Shown piece after piece: positions 53,240 to 62,553 of a DNA stretch of 64,000 bases. Each line of letters starts with the position of its first letter. Positions within the stretch are counted from its first letter, which is position 1. The position numbers and the translations under genes are program-made. This DNA comes from an uncultured delta proteobacterium (GTDB lineage Bacteria > Desulfobacterota > Syntrophia > Syntrophales > Smithellaceae), in contig CAVWEH010000004.1 in assembly GCA_963753975.1 (NCBI GenBank), positions 32,001 through 96,000 on the forward strand, read 5' to 3'. Below the pieces are notes generated by a model that worked only from the letters and a program-made list of their open reading frames with translations, was not told the DNA's origin and made no database searches.

Positions 53240-53938
53240 CTATTTTTTATCGGCGAATTTATAGCCGAATCCCCTTACAGTCAAAATATACTGCGGATTT
53301 TCAACATCTTTTTCAATCTGACTGCGTAAACGTCTGATATGCACATCAACGGCACGGTCGGTGATAAAAGTATCATCACCCCAGACGTGATCAAGAATCT
53401 GGCTTCTCGAATAGACCCTGCCCGGATTGCGCGAAAAAAAGAAAAGGAGTTTCAGTTCGGTCGGACTTAGGGTTACCGGCTTACCGCCGATCTGCACCAG
53501 GCAGGAAGCGTAATTTATTGCCAAGTCTTTATAATTAAATTCTTCTTTCTCATTTTTTCTCTCACTATCATGCAGGCGTCGCAAAATTGAACGCACCCGC
53601 GCAGTAAGCTCTTTGACACTGAACGGCTTGGTTATGTAGTCATCCGCACCGATTTCCAAGCCAATGATTTTGTCAACTTCATCACCTTTTGCCGTCAGCA
53701 TAATGATCGGTAAATTTGCCGTCTCCGGATTGCGGCGTATTGCCCTACAAACGTCCAATCCATTCGTTTTCGGCAGCATGAGATCGAGGATGACCAGGTC
53801 AGGTTTTGCTGAACTTACCAGTTTGAGGGCGACCTCACCGTCATAAGCCTTTACAGTAGAAAATCTGTCTTTTTCCAGATTGTAGGATAAAAGATCAACG
53901 ATATCTTTTTCATCATCAACAATAAGGATTTTAGCCAT
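53240..53938 (-). CDS. phoB: OmpR/PhoB-family response regulator
   Basis: LDLMLP, GADDYITKPFS, RAVDVHIRRLR, TVRGFGY motifs; next to pstS. Confidence 0.9.
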   Translation of the reverse strand: MAKILIVDDEKDIVDLLSYNLEKDRFSTVKAYDGEVALKLVSSAKPDLVILDLMLPKTNGLDVCRAIRRNPETANLPIIMLTAKGDEVDKIIGLEIGADDYITKPFSVKELTARVRSILRRLHDSERKNEKEEFNYKDLAINYASCLVQIGGKPVTLSPTELKLLFFFSRNPGRVYSRSQILDHVWGDDTFITDRAVDVHIRRLRSQIEKDVENPQYILTVRGFGYKFADKK

Positions 53939-54041
53939 AAAATATTCTCAAAACGGATTTGGCTGACTTCGTGAGCACAGTCCGGACCTTGTGTGCAAAA
54001 ATACCTTGCCACACGCTCTCCCAATGAAGGAAATAATGTAA

Positions 54042-54302
54042 TTAATCCGGTATTATTTTAAATACTTCATCTCCAGGTCGCACGCGATCGGAAACTTTGA
54101 CACCTATGAAATCACCGGCTACAGCTTTTTGCACTGATTTATTATCCACCTCCATAGATTTGATAATATCCACAAAATCAGTAGTGTGGCCGGAAAATTT
54201 GATGCTATCGCCCACAACCAGTTCTCCTTCCACTACTTTTACTGCAGCTACGGAAGGTTTGGAGAAAAATTTTACTACTTCGCCAATCTTTTTTTCCGCC
54301 AT
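54042..54302 (-). CDS. Small translation-factor-like beta-barrel protein (EF-Tu domain II-like)
   Basis: IGEVVKFFSK..VAA, GHTTDF, VKVSDRVRPGDEVF; start reset to MAEKK after AGGAGG. Confidence 0.7.
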   Translation of the reverse strand: MAEKKIGEVVKFFSKPSVAAVKVVEGELVVGDSIKFSGHTTDFVDIIKSMEVDNKSVQKAVAGDFIGVKVSDRVRPGDEVFKIIPD

Positions 54303-54449
54303 AACGATACCTCCTTCTTTTAACATTTGAGCTTGGATCAATTGTTGACACGAATTCCCTTTTTCGTGGAGAAGTATAAGAAATTTGGTTTTGCATGTCA
54401 ATTAAATTAGAATCAACACATGCGGAATTCTTTCTTGATCCTTTATATC

Positions 54450-54503
54450 TTAACCAAATCTTTCACTTAGTGTCATCAATTTGCAATATTGACTTGCTAT
54501 TTT
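54450..54503 (+). promoter_or_regulatory. Putative Pho-box promoter of the 54548-59560 operon
   Basis: GTGTCATCAATTTGCAATATTgacttgCTAT (from 54470) aligns without gaps to the pstS promoter CTGTCATCAAATTGTAACATTactctaCTAT. Confidence 0.65.
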
Positions 54504-54547
54504 ACCGTCCGGATTAGGGAAAGAAGCATTAAAAGGAGATATGAATT

Positions 54548-57031
54548 TTGAGTAAAATAAATAGCAGTGTAGTTCAATATCCGGTCAAAACGGACGCTCC
54601 AATAACGAAGTCAACCAGGGAGCTGATGCATTTGATCGGTATTAAATATGACCGATTGGGCATAAACGTCGGCTCTCTCCCTTTTGCGCCTGAGGACGCG
54701 ACCGCTGGAAGCGAATCCGAAATGCAAACGGTCGTAAAAGGCAAAAAGACAGACGTCGATCTGCCGCTCGTTATAGAAGAATCCAATTATCTGGCCAATA
54801 TATGCAAACGGGCGAAATCCGGTGACGCATCGGCAAAAATAATGACCGATCTGGAAAGATATTTAAACGAAAACAACGAAGGCATCTGGGAGAACAGTTG
54901 GGTACGCTTCCCCATCAAAAAGTTGTGCAAATATGCACGGGAAGTTTTACAGCACGATCTTTCCGCGGATAAAGATAACCCGGCGAAAGGAAAACGCTCG
55001 GATATAGACGGTTTTCTATACCGGCAAAACTCCGAAGAGTTTATCCGTATGCCTGTCAGTTATCTTTTAAAACTATCACTTGCCGAGATAGTGGGCTCAT
55101 CAGGTCTGACCGATCCATTGATTGGTAAAACCGCTCTTAAGGTCATGGACAATTTCCTCAATGATAATACATCGCCGGAAACATCATCTTTTTATATCAC
55201 AGCGATGCCGTCCGCTGGCGGTATAGGCAGCAATGTCGCCGAAGAAATGGCGGTTCGCTATCTTTTGGGACAGATTTTGATCATGTATGCCAACAAAAAA
55301 TTTTCTCTCCAGGAAAACGGTCAGGAGGCATTGATGTTTTTCTCGCCCCACCCGCCCGTCAGGCAGAAAGTTTTAAATAATAGCATTTCCGATTCATTTT
55401 ATCGCGAACTTTTTATGAATCCCTGCCTTTCCGGTTGGAAAAACGGAGAAGAAAAACATGAATACATGCACTTGTGCCATCGAGTGTTGAGCCGCAGCCA
55501 GTTTAATGCCGTGTTAAAACTACGGGAAGCGGGAATCATCACCAATGATCTCGTTTCACTGCCTAATCTTTCCAATATCAGTCTCGCCAACAATGGCACT
55601 CATATCAGCATGGGCAGTCTGAAACTGAGTGCTCTGCTTAGCGATTCATCCTCCGGCTACACCCGACATCATGAGAAATATTTAGGCGATCTGGTTGTCA
55701 AAGTTGTGGAACATTTCCTACCGCTTTTTGTTGGCACCTATACCGGAGCACCCTACCGACTCGACTTTACGGATTTTCATCCCGAAAAAGCGCTTGGTTT
55801 TCTGCCGCACGAGTTGGACTATACTCATTTACGTATGCTCTGGAGACGCTGGCAAAAAAAAGCCGATCTCAACGTATTCGGATACCCCCTGACGCCTTTT
55901 GGACCCCGCAGGCTTGACCGACTGGTCAGCTCCGTTTTGGGGTTAAAAGGGGATTTCGTACCGGATTTTCGTTTGATCGATTACCTTGTCGCCATCCTGA
56001 GTACGGAAAAAAGCCCGGCACTTAACGGCAAGCTTCACAACGGCCAGCAGCTAAAACATGATCTTGCCGATCTCGGCGTCTTTGATACAAAAATGTCGCT
56101 CTACCTTTTCGACAAGCCGCGCGAATACGACCAAATGGGCTTTTCCGGTTTTGAGGGACGACATTACAGTTTATTTGACAGCTTTATGCCGGATATGGCC
56201 CAGGCAGTCAGCCTGCAAAATCTTATCTACCTTCTGGCATTTAAATATATTGCCACAGGCCGGATCAGTCATGAAAACATACCGGACGATCCGTTTATCG
56301 AGAGTGAAAGAAGACAGATTATTTTTGGCAGTGCGATTGGCATTCCCACTTTCTTCGTGCACCGACATACCGGCAACGGCTTTCTGAAGAGCATTATAGA
56401 AAAAACACAAAGGGTCCGTTCCAGCCGCCGTTATACCGGATATACCAGAATTTACAATATCGAATATCGACGCGCCCTGCTGGAACTCATTCGCAATGAT
56501 GCAGCCGATTTAATCGAAATGCTCGGTATGAGAGAGACCATCCGGGATCTGGAATGCCGAATCAATGAGCCGGATCATTTTGCCGCTACAGGCAAATTGA
56601 TCCGCGGGATCATAAACCAGGCGAATGCAAAATCACCAATGACTGTTCCCGCCGACAGATTTAACCAGGGAGCAGAAAAATACTATCGCACGGAATTACG
56701 CAATCGGCACATAAGGGAATCATTTTCTTTCCTGAGCAAAGATATCGTCAAGCTGGATCAAGCTGTGAGCGATACCAACCATGAAATAAGAAGTTTACTG
56801 CACAGTATCCTGCAGGAAAAAAATCTGCCTTCATTTCTTACGAGAGTTCAAGGTGAAGTAATTCAAGAAAGAGCAACATCCGAAACTCTGGAAACACTTG
56901 TCTATATTATTCTGGCATATATTCATTATAAAGATAATTTACATTCTAAATTTCGGGAATCGCATCGTTGGCGAATAAACGATCGAGAACCAAAAAATAA
57001 AGCTGCCGCATTACCGGCAAATGCCAGATAA
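54548..57031 (+). CDS. Large hypothetical protein, putative carboxylate-amine ligase (GCS2/amidoligase/PafA-like fold)
   Basis: 827-aa intact ORF; TAGSESEMQ, NNGTHISMG and GFEGR resemble the GxExE, GxH and ExR motifs of that fold; the function is an inference. Confidence 0.55.
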   Translation: MSKINSSVVQYPVKTDAPITKSTRELMHLIGIKYDRLGINVGSLPFAPEDATAGSESEMQTVVKGKKTDVDLPLVIEESNYLANICKRAKSGDASAKIMTDLERYLNENNEGIWENSWVRFPIKKLCKYAREVLQHDLSADKDNPAKGKRSDIDGFLYRQNSEEFIRMPVSYLLKLSLAEIVGSSGLTDPLIGKTALKVMDNFLNDNTSPETSSFYITAMPSAGGIGSNVAEEMAVRYLLGQILIMYANKKFSLQENGQEALMFFSPHPPVRQKVLNNSISDSFYRELFMNPCLSGWKNGEEKHEYMHLCHRVLSRSQFNAVLKLREAGIITNDLVSLPNLSNISLANNGTHISMGSLKLSALLSDSSSGYTRHHEKYLGDLVVKVVEHFLPLFVGTYTGAPYRLDFTDFHPEKALGFLPHELDYTHLRMLWRRWQKKADLNVFGYPLTPFGPRRLDRLVSSVLGLKGDFVPDFRLIDYLVAILSTEKSPALNGKLHNGQQLKHDLADLGVFDTKMSLYLFDKPREYDQMGFSGFEGRHYSLFDSFMPDMAQAVSLQNLIYLLAFKYIATGRISHENIPDDPFIESERRQIIFGSAIGIPTFFVHRHTGNGFLKSIIEKTQRVRSSRRYTGYTRIYNIEYRRALLELIRNDAADLIEMLGMRETIRDLECRINEPDHFAATGKLIRGIINQANAKSPMTVPADRFNQGAEKYYRTELRNRHIRESFSFLSKDIVKLDQAVSDTNHEIRSLLHSILQEKNLPSFLTRVQGEVIQERATSETLETLVYIILAYIHYKDNLHSKFRESHRWRINDREPKNKAAALPANAR

Positions 57032-57063
57032 TCAGGATCAATGAGGTACTCTCTTACCTAACC

Positions 57064-58068
57064 ATGCAACATCAATATATTGAACGCAATACAAGGCAAG
57101 TTAATACGGAAATATTATACGGAAATCAGGCTATTCAGTTTCTGTATTCCAATATCCGTGAGCAATCTCCCTGGCTTTTCCGCAAACTCACCAGTGCGCG
57201 AGTATCGCGCTTTTTGAGTTACATAAACTACTACGGCATCCTGGCTGGCAAGATGAAAGATCATTTGAATCTGCAAGCGTTACTGAATATCAATGCCGAA
57301 GAGTGTATCGATCCACCCGAAAAAATGAATTCATTAAGAAAAATATTTGAGAGGAAAATTCGTTACTGGCAATGCCGTCCGATGCCTAATGATCCACACA
57401 CAATTGTTTCTCCCGCCGATTCCCGGGTGCTCTTCGGATCTTTTGCCGAGACATCAAATATATTTATTAAGGGAAAATTTTTCGATTACGAGGAAATGTT
57501 TGGATTCAACAAGAAAACATGGCTTGCCAGTTTCAAAGACGGCAATTTCGCCATCTTTCGCTTGACGCCGGAAAAATATCATTACAATCACACGCCGGTT
57601 GCGGGCAAGATTATAGACTTCTACCCGATATCCGGCTCTTACCATGCTTGCAACCCCAACGCTGTAATATCCGTAGTGACCCCTTATTCCAAAAACAAGC
57701 GGGTCGTGACTATCATTGATACTGATGTCGAGGGAGGATCTCGTGCGGGCATTGTGGCCATGATCGAGGTCGTGGCCTTAATGATCGGCGACATTGTCCA
57801 GTGCTACAGCAAAGAAGAATATGACAATCCGCTGTCTGTGGGAACAGGAATGTTTATCAAAAGAGGCATGCCCAAGAGTCTGTTCCGCCCGGGAAGCTCC
57901 ACGGTAGTTCTTATATTTCAAAAAGACAGGGTAAGATTTGCCGATGACATTACCGCCAACATGTTCTGTCAGGACGCTCAAAGCATCTTCTCGCTGGGTT
58001 TCGATAAATCGCTGGTGGAAACCGACGTCAGGGTCAGATCGTATATTGGCAGCGCGATACGCATATAA
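57064..58068 (+). CDS. Phosphatidylserine-decarboxylase-family pyruvoyl enzyme (divergent)
   Basis: F.RK.R, VSPADSR, IKGK, RLTPEKYHYNHTPV, NKRVV and the autocleavage-like FRPGSSTVVLIF. Confidence 0.85.
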   Translation: MQHQYIERNTRQVNTEILYGNQAIQFLYSNIREQSPWLFRKLTSARVSRFLSYINYYGILAGKMKDHLNLQALLNINAEECIDPPEKMNSLRKIFERKIRYWQCRPMPNDPHTIVSPADSRVLFGSFAETSNIFIKGKFFDYEEMFGFNKKTWLASFKDGNFAIFRLTPEKYHYNHTPVAGKIIDFYPISGSYHACNPNAVISVVTPYSKNKRVVTIIDTDVEGGSRAGIVAMIEVVALMIGDIVQCYSKEEYDNPLSVGTGMFIKRGMPKSLFRPGSSTVVLIFQKDRVRFADDITANMFCQDAQSIFSLGFDKSLVETDVRVRSYIGSAIRI

Positions 58069-58113
58069 AGGATCGATCTGATAAGTCTTCAACATTAGGG
58101 AAAGGAACACATT

Positions 58114-58515
58114 ATGAACAAAGATAAAACAGCTTATATTCGTAATTTTCTTGTTCAGAAAATGGAAGATTTACGGGCGTCAGCCGATCATGCCATACTC
58201 AAACTAAAAAAAAGCGATGATAAATTTGCTGATCCCTTTGATCAGGCAGCGGTTGAGACAAGTAAGGCCGTTGAGCTTAACTGCCTAGATAAAGAGTGGA
58301 ATTTACTCCTCGATATCAAGGAAACTATTCTGCGCATTGATCGTGGGCTCTTTGGTATTTGCGATCATTGCGGCAGTCCAATATCGCAAAAAAGACTAAT
58401 GGCGGCACCGATGAGCAAGCTTTGCGTAATATGTCAGGAGAAAATTGAATCCCAACATATAAAATCGAAACGCAGACGTCAATATGCAGATAGAATCTCA
58501 TATAATCATGCTTGA
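58114..58515 (+). CDS. DksA/TraR-family C4 zinc-finger protein
   Basis: DPFDQA coiled-coil tip, FGICDHCG..I...RL.A.P...CVICQ. Confidence 0.88.
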   Translation: MNKDKTAYIRNFLVQKMEDLRASADHAILKLKKSDDKFADPFDQAAVETSKAVELNCLDKEWNLLLDIKETILRIDRGLFGICDHCGSPISQKRLMAAPMSKLCVICQEKIESQHIKSKRRRQYADRISYNHA

Positions 58516-59560
58516 TGAAATTTTTATATTAATCGTATGTCTTGTGTTGGTATTTATTTTCCGGTGGGCATTTCGGAGATTGCCTGATGAACAATGGCAA
58601 ATCATCGGTTGCCTTCCGTATCGGCGGCTATTAGATGACCGCTGGCAAGGATGGAATCTGACCTGGTATGGTTTTTTTATCGCCGTAGCTGTAGTATTTG
58701 CCGTTGGCATGTTTCTAATTCTGGCCGGATCATTATCCATACCGCTTACTGCCAGCTTATTTTTATTTATCCTGCTTTTCGCAATCTGCGTGCCTGCGGC
58801 AAAAATAATGGCTTTTTTGATCGAAAGAAGGCAGAACACTTTTACTATCGGCGGCGCATCATTTATAGGAATCCTTGCCGCTCCATGGATCATTGCCCTG
58901 ACCAACGTAACTGCAGGCAAATGGCTGGGCTTTAATATTACCCCAATAAATGCTCTGACCGCCATGTCGATTGCATATACTCTGGGTGAGGGAATCGGCA
59001 GGCTTGCTTGTATCAGTTTCGGTTGCTGCTACGGAAAACCTCTGGCAGACTGTTCCCCTTTGATCAATAAAATATTCCAAAGACAAAATTTTATTTTCAG
59101 CGGCAAGACAAAGAAAATCGCTTATGCTCATGGGCTCGATGGCCATGAAGTTATTCCGATTCAGGCGCTGACAGCCGTAATTTACAGTTTAGCGGGTCTC
59201 GTCGGCTGCTATCTTTTTCTAAAAGGTTATGCGGCGGTTGCGTTTGTCTTGACATTGACTGTAACACAACTCTGGCGGGCACTCTCCGAATTTCTACGCG
59301 CTGACTACCGTGGAGAAGGGAAAATATCCGGCTACCAAATCATGGCTTTGATTGCCTGTTTATATGGCTTATTTATGGCGTATATATTTCGCGAGACGCC
59401 CATCGGCACACCGGATTTAGCGCTAGGATTTGCAATCACATGGAATCCTGCTATATTGATTTTCCTGCTGGTTTTGTGGATAGCTACCTTTTTTTATCTG
59501 GGGAAAAGCAGAGTTACTGCCTCCTTAATAGAAATTAATGTGCTTAAGGAAAAAATATAG
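58508..59560 (+). CDS. Prolipoprotein diacylglyceryl transferase (Lgt)-like membrane protein, divergent
   Basis: Multiple TM helices; WYG, GRLACISFGCCYG, P.Q, R.LSEFLRAD; start set at MLDEIF, overlapping the dksA stop. Confidence 0.75.
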   Translation: MLDEIFILIVCLVLVFIFRWAFRRLPDEQWQIIGCLPYRRLLDDRWQGWNLTWYGFFIAVAVVFAVGMFLILAGSLSIPLTASLFLFILLFAICVPAAKIMAFLIERRQNTFTIGGASFIGILAAPWIIALTNVTAGKWLGFNITPINALTAMSIAYTLGEGIGRLACISFGCCYGKPLADCSPLINKIFQRQNFIFSGKTKKIAYAHGLDGHEVIPIQALTAVIYSLAGLVGCYLFLKGYAAVAFVLTLTVTQLWRALSEFLRADYRGEGKISGYQIMALIACLYGLFMAYIFRETPIGTPDLALGFAITWNPAILIFLLVLWIATFFYLGKSRVTASLIEINVLKEKI

Positions 59561-59649
59561 CCTTATCTTAACCCAGCTTGTGAAAGGCGGACTTCAGATA
59601 AATCGAAATTCTTTATCGATCTGACGATATATCGACTATCGCGGGTATT

Positions 59650-59791
59650 CTACCCTCCGCTTTGCGGGATATTTATATTGTCCCGCTAAGCTTCGCAACG
59701 CTCTGCTTCTGAAACTTGGGTCTCATTAATTCAACTTGCCAATTCCGACGTGTGACTTATAGGTTATATATTTTACTTCCGACTTGGAATT
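59650..59791 (+). repeat. Degenerate relative of the 19.1-19.3 kb structured element
   Basis: Shared blocks of 17/18, 23/26 and 12/12 nt identity with the reverse complement of 19157-19311. Confidence 0.65.
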
Positions 59792-59796
59792 TCACA

Positions 59797-59838
59797 AATA
59801 ACAAAAAGGCAGGGTTAAAACCCCGCCCTTTTGTTATT
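59797..59838. terminator. Intrinsic terminator after rplQ
   Basis: aataacaaaaaggcaggg...ccccgcccttttgttatt inverted repeat. Confidence 0.75.
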
Positions 59839-59855
59839 CTTCAATATATGATTAG

Positions 59856-60392
59856 CTATTCAGCTAATTTTTCGTTCTCTTCTTTTTTCGCTTTGCTTTT
59901 GATCTTAGGTTTTGCTTTTTCTTTCTTTTTCTCCTCAGGAGGAGTAGCTTTCAGAACTGATTCCTCTTCCTCTTTTTCCTGCAGCTTAGCTTTTGATTTA
60001 CCTTTGGCTTTAGGTTTTGCTTTTTCTTTCTTTTTCTCTTCAGGAATAAATTCCAGAATGGAAACGGGCGCATTATCACCAAACCGGTATCCCACCTTGA
60101 TTATCCGCGTATATCCGCCTGCACGCTGGCGGTAACGTTCCGTAAGCTCGCCAAAAAGTTTGCTCATCGAAGCTTTATCCCTAATAAAAGCGAGAGCCTG
60201 ACGACGCGCATGTAAATTACCCCTTTTGCCCAAGGTAATCATTTTTTCCGCCAGTTTCCTCACCTCTTTCGCCTTGGAATCCGTTGTGCGAATACGTTCA
60301 TGTTTAATTATGGAAGTTACCATATTACGAAACATGGCTTCCTTATGGCTGGAAGTTCTTCCCAGCTTCCTGCCCGCTTTACCATGATACAT
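59856..60392 (-). CDS. rplQ: 50S ribosomal protein L17 with a Lys-rich C-terminal extension
   Basis: [21 protein letters not shown] motifs. Confidence 0.97.
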   Translation of the reverse strand: MYHGKAGRKLGRTSSHKEAMFRNMVTSIIKHERIRTTDSKAKEVRKLAEKMITLGKRGNLHARRQALAFIRDKASMSKLFGELTERYRQRAGGYTRIIKVGYRFGDNAPVSILEFIPEEKKKEKAKPKAKGKSKAKLQEKEEEESVLKATPPEEKKKEKAKPKIKSKAKKEENEKLAE

Positions 60393-60447
60393 TGCCGATA
60401 TTTTCCTTTCCTAACAATCAAATCGCGAGATATAATTATATTTTCTG

Positions 60448-61437
60448 CTACTGGTCGTTTTCTTCACTCTGATTGAGGTCAAGATTCATACCAAAAGTTA
60501 AATTATATTCACCAAGAATATCTTTAATTTCACTCAACGATTTACGGCCAAAATTCTTTGTTTTAAGCATCTCCGCTTCCGTTTTTTGCACTAACTCTCC
60601 AATTGTGTTTATTCCGGCGTTTTTCAAACAATTGGCCGAGCGGACGGAAAGCTCCAAATCCTCTACCGACCGTAACAAGACTTTGTTTACATCCCCTTTT
60701 TCATCTTCGGCTATCGGTTGAACTTCTTCTTCAACTTCTTCAAAATTTATAAATACGTCTAATTGCTGTTTCAATATTTTTGCGGAATAGGCAATCGCAT
60801 CTTCAGGATTTACACTGCCGTCAGTCCATACTTCCAGCACAAGTTTGTCATAATCAGTTATTTGACCGACACGCGCATGCGAAACGACATAATTTACTTT
60901 TCTAACCGGTGAAAAAATGGCATCAATATTGATAGTTCCTTCAGGTTGATCAGGATCAAGTTCTTTTTTCGCCGGAAGGTATCCTTTCCCCATTTTAACT
61001 ACAAGTTCGGCCTTAAAATTTCCTTTAGCGGATACAGAAGCAATATAGTGTTCCGGATTCAAAACTTCAATTGTACCATCAGTGATTATGTCGGCTGCTG
61101 TAATGGGCCCGGCATGATCTATATTGATGCGTACTTCTTTTGTGTCCGCCTGTCCCAATTTAAATCGAACGCCTTTTAAGTTCAGAATAATATCGGTTAT
61201 GTCTTCTTTAACTCCGGGAAGAGTTGAAAATTCATGCAGTATGCCGTCAATCTTCACGGAAACAATTGCAGCGCCCTGAATTGAAGAAAGCAACACCCTC
61301 CTCAATGCATTGCCTAAGGTTATGCCAAAGCCTCTTTCCAAAGGCTGAATGGTAAATTCTCCATAGTACCGCGTATGCGTAGCATTATCAACATCAATGC
61401 GCTTGGGACGAATTAAACTCGACCAGTTCCTCTGCAT
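60448..61437 (-). CDS. rpoA: RNA polymerase alpha subunit
   Basis: [38 protein letters not shown]; start likely MQRN at 61437. Confidence 0.98.
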   Translation of the reverse strand: MQRNWSSLIRPKRIDVDNATHTRYYGEFTIQPLERGFGITLGNALRRVLLSSIQGAAIVSVKIDGILHEFSTLPGVKEDITDIILNLKGVRFKLGQADTKEVRINIDHAGPITAADIITDGTIEVLNPEHYIASVSAKGNFKAELVVKMGKGYLPAKKELDPDQPEGTINIDAIFSPVRKVNYVVSHARVGQITDYDKLVLEVWTDGSVNPEDAIAYSAKILKQQLDVFINFEEVEEEVQPIAEDEKGDVNKVLLRSVEDLELSVRSANCLKNAGINTIGELVQKTEAEMLKTKNFGRKSLSEIKDILGEYNLTFGMNLDLNQSEENDQ

Positions 61438-61475
61438 AATCAAACCCACCCTTTAGCTGGTTTATAAAAATTATT

Positions 61476-62105
61476 TTACTTCGAACAAAGTTCTACAATA
61501 AGTTGTTCTTGCACCGGCATGGTTAAATCTTCCCTTACCGGCAACATTTTAATAGATGCCTTGAAGTTCTCTTTATCCAATTCCAGCCAATGAGGCACAC
61601 CGCGTCTGGCCACAGTTTCCATTGCTCCCATTATCCGCGTTATCTTACGGCTGCCTTCCTTAAGGCAAACTTCATCTCCTGCCTTAAGCAAATATGACGG
61701 GATATTAACCGCTTTACCGTTAACTAAAAAATGGCTGTGACTGATCAATTGCCTTGCTTCTACTCGGGAATTCGCCAATCCCATACGAAAAATCATATTA
61801 TCCAGTCTTCTTTCCAGAAACACTAGCAAATTTGTGCCCGTGATGCCTTTTTGCTGATCGGCCTTTTCAAAATAGCCTCGAAACTGCTTTTCTAAAAGCC
61901 CATACATTCTTTTGAGCTTTTGTTTTTCACGCAATTGAACGCCATAATCGGAATGCTGTTTTTTATGCGCCTGACCGTGATCTCCCGGAGCATATCCCCT
62001 TCTTTCAAAGGCGCATTTTTCCGAATAGCATCTATCGCCTTTAAGAAAAAGTTTCAATCCTTCACGGCGACATAACCTACATGAGGAATCTATATATCTT
62101 GCCAA
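61476..62105 (-). CDS. rpsD: 30S ribosomal protein S4
   Basis: CRLCRREG, QLREKQK, LERRLDN motifs. Confidence 0.98.
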   Translation of the reverse strand: MARYIDSSCRLCRREGLKLFLKGDRCYSEKCAFERRGYAPGDHGQAHKKQHSDYGVQLREKQKLKRMYGLLEKQFRGYFEKADQQKGITGTNLLVFLERRLDNMIFRMGLANSRVEARQLISHSHFLVNGKAVNIPSYLLKAGDEVCLKEGSRKITRIMGAMETVARRGVPHWLELDKENFKASIKMLPVREDLTMPVQEQLIVELCSK

Positions 62106-62133
62106 AAAAGCCTCCCTGATTTTTAATTATTAA

Positions 62134-62526
62134 TTATACTCTACGACGCTTTGGCGGTCTGCATCCATTGTGCGGAACAGGTGTCACATCACGAATCACG
62201 GTGATGGTAAGACCGGCAAGCTGTAATGATCTCAATGCTGATTCCCGACCAGCTCCCGGACCCTTTATATATACTTGCACTTTACGCATTCCCTGTTCCT
62301 TCGCCTTGCGCACAGCATCTTCCGCCGCCATTTGTGCCGCGAAAGGAGTGCTCTTGCGCGATCCCTTAAATCCCTGCAGACCAGCCGATGACCACGCAAC
62401 TACATTGCCGCTCAAATCGGTAATTGTTACAATTGTATTATTAAAAGTGGATTGTATATGCGCAACCCCTTCTGTAATATTTTTCTTTTCCTTTTTCTTT
62501 CCTGTCTTTCTGACTGCCTTGACCAT
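62134..62526 (-). CDS. rpsK: 30S ribosomal protein S11
   Basis: [27 protein letters not shown] motifs. Confidence 0.98.
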   Translation of the reverse strand: MVKAVRKTGKKKEKKNITEGVAHIQSTFNNTIVTITDLSGNVVAWSSAGLQGFKGSRKSTPFAAQMAAEDAVRKAKEQGMRKVQVYIKGPGAGRESALRSLQLAGLTITVIRDVTPVPHNGCRPPKRRRV

Positions 62527-62553
62527 TCCCCCCCCCCGGATCACAGAGTAAAA

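Noticed and set aside
53991..54014. Sigma-54 promoter upstream of phoB (TGGCA...TTGC)
   Set aside because: GG-to-GC spacing is 12, not the required 10; the segment is a small hairpin
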